Shown piece after piece: positions 1 to 11,100 of a stretch of DNA of 64,000 nt. The DNA lies in the IMG/VR virus record IMGVR_UViG_3300022848_000014, positions 1 through 64,000 of that record. One strand, 5' to 3'. The notes beneath the pieces were generated by a model. It ran no database searches. It saw nothing but the letters and a program-made list of their open reading frames with translations, and was not told where the DNA came from. The stretch is from a virus. Every line of letters starts with the position of its first letter. The first letter of the stretch is position 1. A program made the translations under genes and the position numbers.

Positions 1-1106
1 ATGAGATCAGTTGTGTCGTCTTTGTAATCGCTATCAATAAGGTTGTCCTGATCTTTGTTGACCATTTGAGCATAGGAAGGAGTCCCTTCAACAGTAAATA
101 GTTGAGCAACCGTAGCTAGGTCTTCTGCCGCTGCTCCCTCAACACCTTTTTGCGGCTCGGTAAATGGAACCGTTCCATCACTCCTTACGAATGGTGTTAG
201 ATCAATACACGGAGGTATTACATCACCCACAGGGAGGTCAGAATCACCATTTGGATATGACCAAGCTCCGTCGGTTGTCGCAGCCCAAGCGGAGTTGTCT
301 AGTCCTGTTGGTATTGAGTCTCCGTTATTGTACTTGGTTGTACGTAATGATTGCTTCATTATGTAATACGGGTCTATGAAAATAACGTCATAAACATTCC
401 CGTCTGCATCTGTAACCGTTGGTCCGGGGTCAACCAAAGTAAACCCTCTGATATTCAGTCCTTCATTGAGCGATACCCCACCTACCGTTAAAGCATTAGC
501 CCCATTCCACTTAGCATAATTCCTGTCATCAAAAGTTCCTTCTCCTATGGCACAAACTAAAAATCTTGCAAATCCATCAAACTCCGAATAATTTCCATTA
601 GCTAATCTATACCCTGCAGCATAAGCAGAAAACCCTAATAAATCAGTTCCCTCTAATCCTGAAGGCCAATAGGGTCTATCGTCAACTCCTTGCACTCTAG
701 TTGAAGTTAGTTGATCTTCATCTAACGGAAAGAAAAAATCTGTACAATCTGAGAAACTATCAAGTAAACTCATTCCTTCAGGAAGTATACCTCTAGCATC
801 TAATTGAGCACGTACATTATAGAGTAAGCCATATCCTTCCACGACAACTGGTTCCGTGCTTGGGCATCCCTCATCAGCCCCAAAAGGTTTCCAAGCTGTA
901 TTGTCACTTAAGTTGCCACCATCTTGAATGTCCAAATATTGCCATTGGGAAGTGCCATCACCAATATCATTGACGAAGCAGATCATTCCCGCATAACGGT
1001 AGTTGACATCAATTGCATCACGCCCGGCTATACTAGCAACTTTCTGTCGGTCGTCAAGAGGTTTAGGAGCTCTTGGATCAAAATTATCATTGATTGAGTT
1101 AGCCAT
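1..1106 (-). CDS. Tail fibre/receptor-binding-like protein with FISUMP (Fib_succ_major)-like motifs; 3' end runs off the window
   Basis: Not in the ORF track. Hand translation from ATG at 1106 (MANSINDNFDPRAPKPLDDR...) stays open to position 1 and contains YGLLYN, GFSAYAAGYR and TVTDADGNVY...LRTTKYNNGDSIP motifs. Confidence 0.65.
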   Translation of the reverse strand, partial: MANSINDNFDPRAPKPLDDRQKVASIAGRDAIDVNYRYAGMICFVNDIGDGTSQWQYLDIQDGGNLSDNTAWKPFGADEGCPSTEPVVVEGYGLLYNVRAQLDARGILPEGMSLLDSFSDCTDFFFPLDEDQLTSTRVQGVDDRPYWPSGLEGTDLLGFSAYAAGYRLANGNYSEFDGFARFLVCAIGEGTFDDRNYAKWNGANALTVGGVSLNEGLNIRGFTLVDPGPTVTDADGNVYDVIFIDPYYIMKQSLRTTKYNNGDSIPTGLDNSAWAATTDGAWSYPNGDSDLPVGDVIPPCIDLTPFVRSDGTVPFTEPQKGVEGAAAEDLATVAQLFTVEGTPSYAQMVNKDQDNLIDSDYKDDTTDL

Positions 1107-1107
1107 T

Positions 1108-2106
1108 CTATTGGGATATTATCATTTGAATCACCACTTCAGTCGGGTAATTGGAGACATATAGGTCATAATCAATACCCGAAAAATTTCCGCTTGCAAT
1201 CGATTCAATTACGGGTGCCGCAAACAAGTCGGAAGGAGAACCAATTGAGCCTTGATTAATCAGCGTCACAAGCCATGTCAAAAAAGAAGGCTCAGAACTA
1301 GGTACCGCAAACCATAAATACTCAGACGAAGAACTGCCAAAGGTTATGGCCAAGTCCTCAGCTATTTTTTCAAGGACTTCATTTCCCCCGGGTATGTCAA
1401 TAGTAACTATGTCGTTTGTTACCCCCCAAAACCAAGGGTAAATCCATTCATACACTACTTGGTTGGTTTCTATGTTTCCTGCGAGGATCTGCCCTGTAGG
1501 AAAAGGTGTGCCACGACTATTATCTAACACTGGACCATCGGCATACTGGTAATCCCCTTCATACACAATTAAGCCTGGGGCATTAAGGACAGCACCAGTA
1601 TCAGTGAATGAGTCACTATTGCTTATGACTGCTGCATCTTTACTCAGTTCAAAAAGAGTTATATCCCCTGCGTTTGCTTGATCAAATGAAGCGTTGAGTA
1701 TTAGGTCCGCGGCAGTGGCCACCTTTATGAGTTTCGGGTCAGAACCCTGAAGGAGTGCTGTAGGACTCTCGTATTCTGGATTTACAATAGGAAATAACAA
1801 TTGATCAAAGAGTGAAGAGAAAGACTCACCGTTTAAATCTGCAACACTTGTTCCTTCGGGGATTCCCCCGACATCCAAAAGCATTTCAATCAGTTCATCT
1901 AAGCCCGATTGATAAGTGGTGGTCCCTGGCGCACTTAAGAAACTCACCCAAGCGGTTCCGTTCCAATATAAAATATCGTAAGTGTTATTATTTATTGGCT
2001 TAAACCAAATGACATCGGTTCTTGATGGTGCTGAAGCTGAAACTACCTTGGCTGAAACATAACCAAGAAACTGAGATGTATCATTACAATTGTTTTTTTC
2101 TAACAT
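1108..2106 (-). CDS. Virion structural/tail-associated protein (likely start MLEKNN at 2106)
   Basis: Acidic, beta-rich ORF ending in the YLWFAVP...YDLYVSNY pattern seen in Bacteroidota phage tail proteins; lies in the tail module. Confidence 0.5.
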   Translation of the reverse strand: MLEKNNCNDTSQFLGYVSAKVVSASAPSRTDVIWFKPINNNTYDILYWNGTAWVSFLSAPGTTTYQSGLDELIEMLLDVGGIPEGTSVADLNGESFSSLFDQLLFPIVNPEYESPTALLQGSDPKLIKVATAADLILNASFDQANAGDITLFELSKDAAVISNSDSFTDTGAVLNAPGLIVYEGDYQYADGPVLDNSRGTPFPTGQILAGNIETNQVVYEWIYPWFWGVTNDIVTIDIPGGNEVLEKIAEDLAITFGSSSSEYLWFAVPSSEPSFLTWLVTLINQGSIGSPSDLFAAPVIESIASGNFSGIDYDLYVSNYPTEVVIQMIISQ

Positions 2107-2278
2107 TCTTTCTTGGCTTAATGCCCAGCATACCGTCTTCACGGATAAAAAGTCGATCTGCCAATCTCCCTTGGGCATACAGAGCACCTGTATCTTCCTG
2201 AAGCACAAATGATGTTTTGGCAAATATGCTTAGGGAGCCATCTCGACTATTTATATGGGCTTTTATTTTAACACTCAT
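2084..2278 (-). CDS. Small hypothetical protein
   Basis: ATG at 2278 overlaps the end of the previous gene; operon-like packing. Confidence 0.5.
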   Translation of the reverse strand: MSVKIKAHINSRDGSLSIFAKTSFVLQEDTGALYAQGRLADRLFIREDGMLGIKPRKNVRKKQL

Positions 2279-2537
2279 TGAAGTCCTTTTTAATCTTACG
2301 CATGAGCGTTTGATCTCCACGCCCCAAAGTACCTAAACATTCGTCTGAGTCATCCGTACAGTATGGATAAACTTTGCACGTAAAGTTGTTCATGGTGCTT
2401 CCGACCCCAATAAAACGTATGATAAACTTGAATTGATTTTCAGTGTCTACGCTAGTAATCAAGCGCAGTTCAGACCTTAGAAGCTCTACTGTATGTCCCC
2501 TTGATGGGTGATTCTCAAATTTTATCTGCTGGCTCAT
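2268..2537 (-). CDS. Hypothetical protein
   Basis: ATGA overlap with the muzzle gene stop. Confidence 0.55.
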   Translation of the reverse strand: MSQQIKFENHPSRGHTVELLRSELRLITSVDTENQFKFIIRFIGVGSTMNNFTCKVYPYCTDDSDECLGTLGRGDQTLMRKIKKDFNEC

Positions 2538-5500
2538 GGCGTTTGCATTGATACGGTGTACTTCACTGAGGCACTGGACAATGATATTGTAGATTCCTCA
2601 AAACACGAGAGACGCACAATCATTACTCTTCCCCTCATACTCTCCCCATTTACAAGGGCTAGTGTCGGTTTGGAGAATCCTGGGCTCAATAAGTTACCTT
2701 TTATTTCTCCATTATATTTACTCTCTGATCTCTCAATATTATCTTCAAATATTCGGGAGAGCATGTCTTTTTGCGTTCCTGAGTATTCCGCAGGAATCGA
2801 TAACTCAAAAGCTTGCCACTTACCATTGGATGTCTCGGTTAGCTGATCGAATACCTTATCTACATTAAACTGATCATTGGCAGCAAAGTCTATTCGGGGA
2901 AATTTTCTTGTTCTATCAAATATACCATCTTTACCCATCCAAAATCTAAATGTCTGCCCCTCAACTGAGCCATACACTGCGCTTCCAATAAACCCAATGT
3001 GTTCGTATGAAGCATCCATGTGTACCTTCCACCTCTTGTCATCTTCAGAAAAGATAACCATTTCCCCTTCAATTGAAGCTTCTATTGTTCTGGGGTATAC
3101 GGATGTGATCAGAATATTGTGTCTATCGTCAAATACACTCTGAACAGAGTAGCTGGCTTCTTTGAGTTTTAGCAAGTCATTGGCCTTGTTTGCCCAAAAG
3201 GTTTGATACTTGTAGTCTGATATTGGAAAGATGCCATTCGATGCATTTCGACACCAGGTCCCCATAGACTTGTCAAAGAAATAAGTATGGGTTTTTGACT
3301 TAGAAATAGATGAAGGGTCTTGACACCCCCATTTATCCTTTGACGGAACGATTGATCCAAAGGTTTGCTCACTTAAGCCGATCTGGTTGGTGGTCCCGTC
3401 TTGATTGGTGGCCATGGTGCGCCCAATGTAGACGCTGTTGACTTTATGCTGCTGATAGACCTCTAGGGTATACCCCTTCATAATAAGCCCTGTAATGGCC
3501 CCAAAATCGATTCCTACGTTGGCTACATTAAATGGAGATATAGCCCAGAGGTCATTTATAATCGATTCCTCAAAATACGACCCCCCATGAAGTATGCTTG
3601 ATGTGAATTTTTTGCGCTCAGATTGTGCGTCATATATGACAACACGCCCTTTATCATACTCAGAGAAAAGAAACCAATCACTAAATCTTGAGTCCTCAAT
3701 ATAAGGGAGTACCCCAGGAGGGCTTAACGGGTATACCCTTTGCCGAATGTAAACGTCTCCATTATTGAAAGTTGTTTCTGCTGGAATACTAAGGTCTGCG
3801 GATTGATCGACCCTTGCCCCTGAATGCCTTCTTTGCAGAGTCCCAGGGTCAATTATCTTAAATTCTTGACCAAATTCATGATAGAATTCATTTTGATCAT
3901 TAATAAGCTTAGGCGTGTAAATCTCAACTATTGATTCAGGAGTTATAGAGGCCGCTATGTTTGTTTTGATTACTACATCGTAGCCATCTACGCTAACAAT
4001 CTCTATCTCTTCATAAAAAGTTTCAAATGGATAATCATCTGTAGTAGCATCAGAATAAAGCCTCATAACATCACCCTCAGTAATGGCGTGATTTATAGAG
4101 TTACCAGAAGTAACGTCAGAGCTATCCAGACCATAAGGATTTAATTTCAGCTTTACTAAACTATTCAAAGTATCGTAAGTGTAATCGGTCTCTTCAACCA
4201 TGAAGTACCCAAATGATTGAACGTTTACGCTTGGCGCTAGTGCCCATTGGTAATGGGTTGCAAAAGCAGGTGGTCGATGGAATATTTTAGACTTGATGAT
4301 GTTGGCATAAATTTCCGTAGCATCTGCCGCTGGCTGTTCTGTCGCCGAGGGAATGTAAATCTTAAAACCCTTGGCTCCCTCAATTCTATTAGTTACTCCC
4401 GCATTGTCCCTATTAAAATTGTCGTAGTAGTTTAGGCATAGATAGGCGTATGAGCCTGACTTAAATGACTTGATCGTGTCTGGCGTGGTTGAGTTGATGA
4501 TGTCTTCTTGATTGTATATGAACCTAGAATCTCCGCTTTCACGAGTAGATGCTGTAAACTCAACCATCAACCCAGTAAACTTTATTCCTATTGCAGTACC
4601 CAAGAATAGTAGAGGAAAATGTGTAGTTCCCTCAAACTCGTCTAAGGCTGGATTTAATTCGATAGTAGCTGGGATAACAGCAAATTCAATTAAATAAGTC
4701 TCATTGTAAACTAAGAGTTTTGCTTGAAGCACAGCAAATAATTGATCCATAAAAAACTCAAGCCCATTCACGTAGTCCTGTTCTGTAACCTCATAGAAAG
4801 TCTCAAAGGCAGTGACCTCTGGTGTCCATGACAAGCTATATGTGGGATCGTCAAACTGTACGGCTGGTTGTTGCGTATTCAAAAAGAATAAGTCTGGCTT
4901 AAGTGTCACAGCTACAATCTCCCCAGGTAACGGGACAGTATCAAAATATAAATAGCTGTTTGAAGCAAACTCACTTGATACTGCGTTATAGAAGTTTACT
5001 GGTACGGACGTTACCGTTGGGTTTATCCTCTCATGTGTAAGCTCAATATTTGGTGAGGGCTTGTCATTTCCTGCCTCAAAGTTCCCATAAACTATCTTGT
5101 TGGTATTCAGGTATTCTTGATAATCTGCAGTAATTGGAATGTAATTGAAGTTCCTGAAGGTGCTTGAGTATAATTCCCCAGCTTCTTGGCCTGTGAAATT
5201 AGCAACCCCAATTGTGTTGTCAGACATGTTTTCATCCGATTTTCTGATTGTTCTAAATATTTTCCAAGCGCCAATATTCCCTTCTCTAAACATGAGGACA
5301 ATACTTTCGACAGTATGCATCCCAGTATTGAAGTTTACCTCAATGCCATTTCTAATATTGTCGGTACCAAAAAGTTTACCTGTGGGACCCCATTGTGATT
5401 GCGGGATAACTAAGTTACTTATAGGGCTTGGTGTGCTCCTTCCATTGTCATCATAAACATAAAAATAAGAAAACTGATATGTTTGATTTACAATGTGATT

Positions 5501-6064
5501 AGTCTTAATTTCTGGTAGGGTAATGTATCTGGATTGAGGTCTAAAGTTCGGGGGCAGTGCTCCTGCCAGAATAGTGTCTGAGTCTATTGTTTGGTAGCCA
5601 TTAATTGAGCCACCATCAGAAACCGTGAAGAGCCTCATCTTTTCAAGGTTGAAAGATTTTGGTGGCTGACCCTCTTGCGACCAAGTTAAAATACCATCAA
5701 TAACATTAGCGCAATTAATTCGATTCGTATTGAACCCAAGATAAGACCCCCTCGCGATAACCTCAGCAACATCATTTCTATCGACCTGCTGAATAACGTG
5801 CCCACCATTGGCTTCTCGAATGAATTCAATAAGCTTGTTGCTCTCGTTATCTTGGGTTTTACCAATAGTCTCATACTCTCCAGGTCCCAGGTCTTGAGTC
5901 ATGGCTTTGTCACCTGCAATTGTTCGCACTGAACCTTTTGCCCCCTTATTATTGAAACCTATTTCTACGTTTTCAGCGTAAATGTAGTCCTCCTTAGGGA
6001 TGAGCTCTATGCTATCATCACTATTGAGTCCACCAGTCGGGATGAATATATGTTGGCCTTTCAT
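2534..6064 (-). CDS. Tail stabilization/muzzle protein (crAss-like, P22 gp10-like)
   Basis: 1176 aa; N-terminal GGLNSDDS..LIPKEDY.YAENV, YQFSYFYVYDD motif, C-terminal GESMRG; follows the ring proteins as in crAss-like phages. Confidence 0.75.
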   Translation of the reverse strand: MKGQHIFIPTGGLNSDDSIELIPKEDYIYAENVEIGFNNKGAKGSVRTIAGDKAMTQDLGPGEYETIGKTQDNESNKLIEFIREANGGHVIQQVDRNDVAEVIARGSYLGFNTNRINCANVIDGILTWSQEGQPPKSFNLEKMRLFTVSDGGSINGYQTIDSDTILAGALPPNFRPQSRYITLPEIKTNHIVNQTYQFSYFYVYDDNGRSTPSPISNLVIPQSQWGPTGKLFGTDNIRNGIEVNFNTGMHTVESIVLMFREGNIGAWKIFRTIRKSDENMSDNTIGVANFTGQEAGELYSSTFRNFNYIPITADYQEYLNTNKIVYGNFEAGNDKPSPNIELTHERINPTVTSVPVNFYNAVSSEFASNSYLYFDTVPLPGEIVAVTLKPDLFFLNTQQPAVQFDDPTYSLSWTPEVTAFETFYEVTEQDYVNGLEFFMDQLFAVLQAKLLVYNETYLIEFAVIPATIELNPALDEFEGTTHFPLLFLGTAIGIKFTGLMVEFTASTRESGDSRFIYNQEDIINSTTPDTIKSFKSGSYAYLCLNYYDNFNRDNAGVTNRIEGAKGFKIYIPSATEQPAADATEIYANIIKSKIFHRPPAFATHYQWALAPSVNVQSFGYFMVEETDYTYDTLNSLVKLKLNPYGLDSSDVTSGNSINHAITEGDVMRLYSDATTDDYPFETFYEEIEIVSVDGYDVVIKTNIAASITPESIVEIYTPKLINDQNEFYHEFGQEFKIIDPGTLQRRHSGARVDQSADLSIPAETTFNNGDVYIRQRVYPLSPPGVLPYIEDSRFSDWFLFSEYDKGRVVIYDAQSERKKFTSSILHGGSYFEESIINDLWAISPFNVANVGIDFGAITGLIMKGYTLEVYQQHKVNSVYIGRTMATNQDGTTNQIGLSEQTFGSIVPSKDKWGCQDPSSISKSKTHTYFFDKSMGTWCRNASNGIFPISDYKYQTFWANKANDLLKLKEASYSVQSVFDDRHNILITSVYPRTIEASIEGEMVIFSEDDKRWKVHMDASYEHIGFIGSAVYGSVEGQTFRFWMGKDGIFDRTRKFPRIDFAANDQFNVDKVFDQLTETSNGKWQAFELSIPAEYSGTQKDMLSRIFEDNIERSESKYNGEIKGNLLSPGFSKPTLALVNGESMRGRVMIVRLSCFEESTISLSSASVKYTVSMQTP

Positions 6065-6825
6065 TATCGTTTAGCTCCTTGCTTGTATGATTCATAAAAT
6101 GCATCCAAGACCTCATCAAGTGTTGGGGTGCTTACGTATCGATCTAATAGATTCTCAGCATCTCTGAGTGCTTGCATCTGAAGCCCAATTAAGCTTCCGT
6201 ATTCTTTAACGTTTCTTGCGTAATGTTCTAAGATGAGGTGTTGACGAACACAGTTTACAGCCTCAAGCGGAACCATGCTTGTGCCATCCTTCTTTACCCC
6301 ACTCGATGTATACTCAAGAATAAGTTCATTCTTAGGTAATGACCCATCTATAGATAAGAGTCTTTCTTCTCTATCAATGTTGAAGTATCCAACATTCCAT
6401 CCACCACCGCGGCCCAACATTCCAGTCACTAATGATCCATTTCGGTAGTGATCGGCAAATGCATAACCCCCACTAGGAATACTTACTGCATTCGTGCTGG
6501 TAGGTATTCTTTCCCCACAAGCTTCTTTACGTGGCAGGACAAGGTGCTCATTGAGTCCCAGGGTCCACATCTCCCCGTTTAACTCCATTCCCACCTTCAG
6601 GTAGTCAACGAAGTCATTTGGAAGCGTGAAGAGGTTTGTTGAACTGGCATCGTAATACTTGACAGCTATGTTCGGGAGGTAGAGCATATTCAGTTTCTCA
6701 CTGTAATACTCATTGGCGATGACAGTGAACCTTTCAATCATCTTGTCCCCTTCGCCACCAATCCTGAGTAGTGCACTGGCTACAATGTAGGCCATGGATT
6801 TAGGGGCATCTATATATTCACTCAT
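6064..6825 (-). CDS. Tail ring/tubular protein
   Basis: LPNDFVDYLKVG and ILEYTSSG motifs; position upstream of the muzzle. Confidence 0.7.
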   Translation of the reverse strand: MSEYIDAPKSMAYIVASALLRIGGEGDKMIERFTVIANEYYSEKLNMLYLPNIAVKYYDASSTNLFTLPNDFVDYLKVGMELNGEMWTLGLNEHLVLPRKEACGERIPTSTNAVSIPSGGYAFADHYRNGSLVTGMLGRGGGWNVGYFNIDREERLLSIDGSLPKNELILEYTSSGVKKDGTSMVPLEAVNCVRQHLILEHYARNVKEYGSLIGLQMQALRDAENLLDRYVSTPTLDEVLDAFYESYKQGAKR

Positions 6826-7427
6826 CTTTCGTCGTTTATTTTGTCTTCAGGTGGTTGCCCGAAATACAAGGATTTAGTAATCAAGAATAAATCAACCTCG
6901 CCCTTTGGGGGAAGCTTCACGTCATCTTCCCAGTCAATGCTATCCAATGAGGCCACAATTCTTATGTCAAAAGAGCTGCACTCTGAGACTGGCTTCACAA
7001 TGATTCTATTGGCCGAGGTACTGTAAGTGCCATTATGCTGATTGGCCAATGCTTTCTGAAGGATTGACATAATTTGATCAGCCGCAGGATTTCTGTGTAC
7101 AAAGGCATTCTCTGGCTGAAGATGTGGGTAGATACTTCTGATTCCCTCTTGATTGACTGTGGCGATCCCTTTATACTTTGGGGTCAGGGAATAAATTTGA
7201 TCGCTAACCTTTACAAACGGTACCTTTTCCTCAGTGTAGGTAAAGTCACTCAATATAGAACTGTACTCCGAAGTGTTTCGGCTTACGAGTCTATTGATTA
7301 GAGTCTCATACCCAAATGACAAGTACATTGCCATCAAGTCCTCATCGAGTGCGGCAAGCTTATCGTCTGTCATCCTGTTTCCAGAGAACGACTCTTGAAA
7401 GAGGTTAATTAGTTTTTGTTTTGTCAT
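6822..7427 (-). CDS. Tail ring/adaptor protein
   Basis: Size and position within the ring-protein series; translationally coupled. Confidence 0.55.
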   Translation of the reverse strand: MTKQKLINLFQESFSGNRMTDDKLAALDEDLMAMYLSFGYETLINRLVSRNTSEYSSILSDFTYTEEKVPFVKVSDQIYSLTPKYKGIATVNQEGIRSIYPHLQPENAFVHRNPAADQIMSILQKALANQHNGTYSTSANRIIVKPVSECSSFDIRIVASLDSIDWEDDVKLPPKGEVDLFLITKSLYFGQPPEDKINDER

Positions 7428-8179
7428 TGACCCGATTGTTTGCGGCTTTGAGAATCTTGATAGGCAAATTGGTCGCGTATCGTAATGGCTATTTCATTAT
7501 AAACCATGTCTAACATTTCTGTATGAATGTTGCCTGGCCACTCAAGCTCCACCGACCTACTGATTGCGCCAGTGTCAAGCTCACCAGTACCATCATGAGT
7601 CGCCCCTGGTGGTAGGTATACTTGCTTGTCCCCACTCATTATGAAATCATAAACAGGTGTTTTAGGGATTCGGTAGTAAGGGAGATCGACCCTTTTTATT
7701 CCCAATGGTAAAATCTCCAATGACATACCCCCCTCTGCTAATCTGGCTCTCGGCTTTCGAAGTGTAGGCTTTCGGATTTCACTTGACTGGATAATGCCCC
7801 ATTCACCCTCAAAGGCCAAAGCAATTGGCTTAGTGAACTTCTCACCCTCCTTCACATAAGTATGTCGAAGGCCACCCAGCCTAATAAAGTCAGTTGGCAA
7901 CGCAGCATATCCATTAACCACTGGGACTCCTTGAGACTGCCCCCCTTTTCTCTGAAGGCAAAACCTGAGTGATTCGGGTATTTGGAAAGACACATCAAGT
8001 GCTTGCCTTGGCACGGCCTGACCTGGGGAAAATTCCTCAGGTAGGCCAGCTTTTTTATTGAAGAGCTTAATATTTGAAACCCTTAGCGCATGATTAAACC
8101 GGTCGGGCTTTGTAGTCCTCCCATTCTGATCCTTATTCAGGCGCTCATTGATTGATGTCAATAACTGATCTAGTGTCAT
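7424..8179 (-). CDS. Tail ring/head-tail adaptor protein
   Basis: LNKDQNG...P..FN, LPTDF and Y.RIPKTP motifs typical of crAss-like ring proteins. Confidence 0.65.
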   Translation of the reverse strand: MTLDQLLTSINERLNKDQNGRTTKPDRFNHALRVSNIKLFNKKAGLPEEFSPGQAVPRQALDVSFQIPESLRFCLQRKGGQSQGVPVVNGYAALPTDFIRLGGLRHTYVKEGEKFTKPIALAFEGEWGIIQSSEIRKPTLRKPRARLAEGGMSLEILPLGIKRVDLPYYRIPKTPVYDFIMSGDKQVYLPPGATHDGTGELDTGAISRSVELEWPGNIHTEMLDMVYNEIAITIRDQFAYQDSQSRKQSGQ

Positions 8180-8182
8180 GTC

Positions 8183-11100
8183 TTAAGATATTTCGGAAAC
8201 TAACATACAGGTACTTTGATTTATGAATCCTTTAGCACCAATAAACGTGAGCATTATTGCTTCCCCATCTGCTATTGTTCTAACAATCGCTGCAAAATCA
8301 GCACCTCTAAAAGCAGAAGTCGTTAAGGTTAGTGTTCTGGTTGTACCACTTGAGTTTTGAACCATGAACACATACATTCTTCCATCAACAATCTCACTAC
8401 TATTTGATGTGCTTATAGTTAAGTCGTTAGTCCCAAGATTAAAGGTAAACATCTGAGCCGCCAAACTGAAGTCAATACTATATGCCGTGTCCCCGAAGGT
8501 GTTCCCGTCATTAATTACTGGTAACTTAACCCCTCCATACGTTGAAGTTTCAGGTATCTCAGTGCTAATGAGCATCATTTTAGCAGAAGCAAAGAGAGCA
8601 GGTATCCCAATAAAAGTCAGTATTGCTGTTTTTCCTGCAGGAATAGATGCTTCTGGTAACGCAAGATTTTCAGGCCCCTCGTATATAGCAGAAGAGAATT
8701 GTATTTTTATATCTGTTGAAAAATTCCTTATGGTAAAGACATAAATTCTTCCATCTACAATTCCTGATTGATTAAGGCCAGCTATTCCAATATCCTCCCC
8801 AGAGGTGACGCTTAACTCAAAATGCTGTTTGTCAAGATTAAAATCAGGTTGGTAAAAACTAGGGGTGTTTGAGACAAGAATAGATGGTAGCGATACCGAT
8901 TCTAAATTAACCCTAGATGTTTCGTTGCTTATCAAGTAAAGTGCGTTTGCACTTTGCGTAAGGTTTGATCCAATAAAAGTAAAAGAAGCTACATTTCCAG
9001 ATTTTATTGCAAATGGCTCTTGGAAGAACCCAGGGCTAGTAAACCCTTGCCCAAAAGTCACAATCATATTACCAAATTGCGCTTTTACGTTGAACACATA
9101 TAGCCTTCCCTCAACAATGTTTGCTGTACTAGGAGCCTGTATATCTAAGTCTCCTGTAGAGTTTTTGTTTATGGTGTAGAATTGCTTATTGTCTGCAAAA
9201 ACAACATCATACTGAGTTGCTGATCCAATGGGTCCTACATTTATGGATGGGAGGTCTACTGATTCTGATGCTCCTATTGCATAGTCTGAACCAACAGGGA
9301 GCAAGTAAACATCACCCCCTATATCTGCTCCTATAAAAGTGAATCCCGCAGTTGCTCCTGAAGCCAAGTCAATTTCTGGGGCAAAAACAAATGGGTCAGT
9401 ATCCCATGATATAGTGTTTGTCTCAACTCCATTGTTTCTTATGCTCAATCTATAAACTTGCCCCTCTAGCATGTTTGTCGCAGCAAATTCTAAATCCCCG
9501 TTCGCGAAAGGAACGTAAACGTTATTTCCTAGAGCAAGGTCTATTGAGTATGTCGGCCCAGATTGAGACGCTATTTCTTGGTATGCCTCTACTGCAAACC
9601 CCACATCATTAGCGAAAGAACTAAGATTATCTCCTGGCTGTGATGCGGATTGAGCTGCCGCTAGTATTGATATAACCCCAGCGGTTAGTGTAACGAGAAT
9701 ATTTTCTGCATCCGAATCGTCAACTTCTATATATTCATCACCCTCAACGGTTCGGACTGCCTCGCCAAGGATGTTCCCCACCACCTGCCATGACAAAGTA
9801 CCTGAATTATTGTATCGCTCCCAAAGATCCCCGTTACTCTCATTCAAGGCTACGGTTCCTAAAGGTTGCGCCAATGATCCTGGGTCCCCTGTAATCACGA
9901 TGAAACTAGCCCCATCTTCACCTTGCAATGATGCTGCCAGTTCAGAGCTCAACTGAAGGTTGTAATTTGTAGTTGTTCCGGCTATAATTGAAGTGATGGA
10001 TATTGAACCATCGGGACTTACAAACGTGGCATCTAATCCACTTCCACCCAACACTGCTGTTACAGGTGTAACCTTTCTTGATAGCCCATCAGGGTTCTCA
10101 TCACATCCACAATCACACCCCGTCTCGCCAAAAATATTTTTGATTTGTGTAAGTAGAGTCCGATAGCCAGTTTGCCCACAGTAACGAATGAGCCTAGCCA
10201 ATTGGATTTTGCTTGATATTTGCAGTAATTGCTTACCCAATGATGCGGCCTTTGACTGGTCTGTGCATAGTGCATCTTCGTACCTTTTTATTAGACTCTC
10301 ATAGCAACCAGTAATGCAACATAGACTCTCGGAACAATCTACAAGATGTGCTTTTGATGCAATCAATGTGCTCTCGACATAAGTATTCCTCTTTGCATCT
10401 AAAATAAATTGCATCGACCTCTCAACAACAAAACTGTATGTCCCAGTGTAAAGCTCTGACAGTTTCTTTGATTGTGAAGAAAAAACCACATCAGAAGGTG
10501 GATTCACGGCATTCTCAGGATACTTTATGGTTGCTATTCTAGTGTCCGTTCCAATGTCATACGCAAAGAGAGTGTTGTCAGTAAATTCAATGGTTCCATA
10601 ATCACAATCAGAAACCGCTTCAATACTTAATTCAGGATAAGAGAAAATGTAGCTGAATGACTTTAGGGTCTGCTCATAGCTTATAGTCCCCAAAGTAGCA
10701 GCCTCATCAGTAGGAACCGAAACGTCAGGCAAAGTAGAACCCAAGTTGATCGTAGGGAACCCACTAGAATCATAAGTAACAGATACTATCGTGTAAGTTC
10801 CAGCATTTGGTGCCGCCCCACCTCCCAAGACAGCATTTATACTCACATCTATGGACTCATCGATAAGTAATACTTGACTAATCTTGATGGCAGTTGCGCT
10901 AATAAAGCTGAAATTATATGAACCAGAATTCTTGGTCCTGGTGTTCATTTCATAATTGTAAACACCTTGGACAGGAGCGTCAGTAGCAATATCTTCATTC
11001 AGTGACCCCAGGGTAAACACCCTGCTTACATCATAGTCGATGTCTGGTGATTCATAGTCAGTGTTTAGGTGAATCACTTCTCCCGTTGGATCGGTGACTT

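Noticed and set aside
1-1106. Diversity-generating retroelement targeting the FISUMP-like protein
   Set aside because: No reverse transcriptase and no template/variable repeat pair seen in the window
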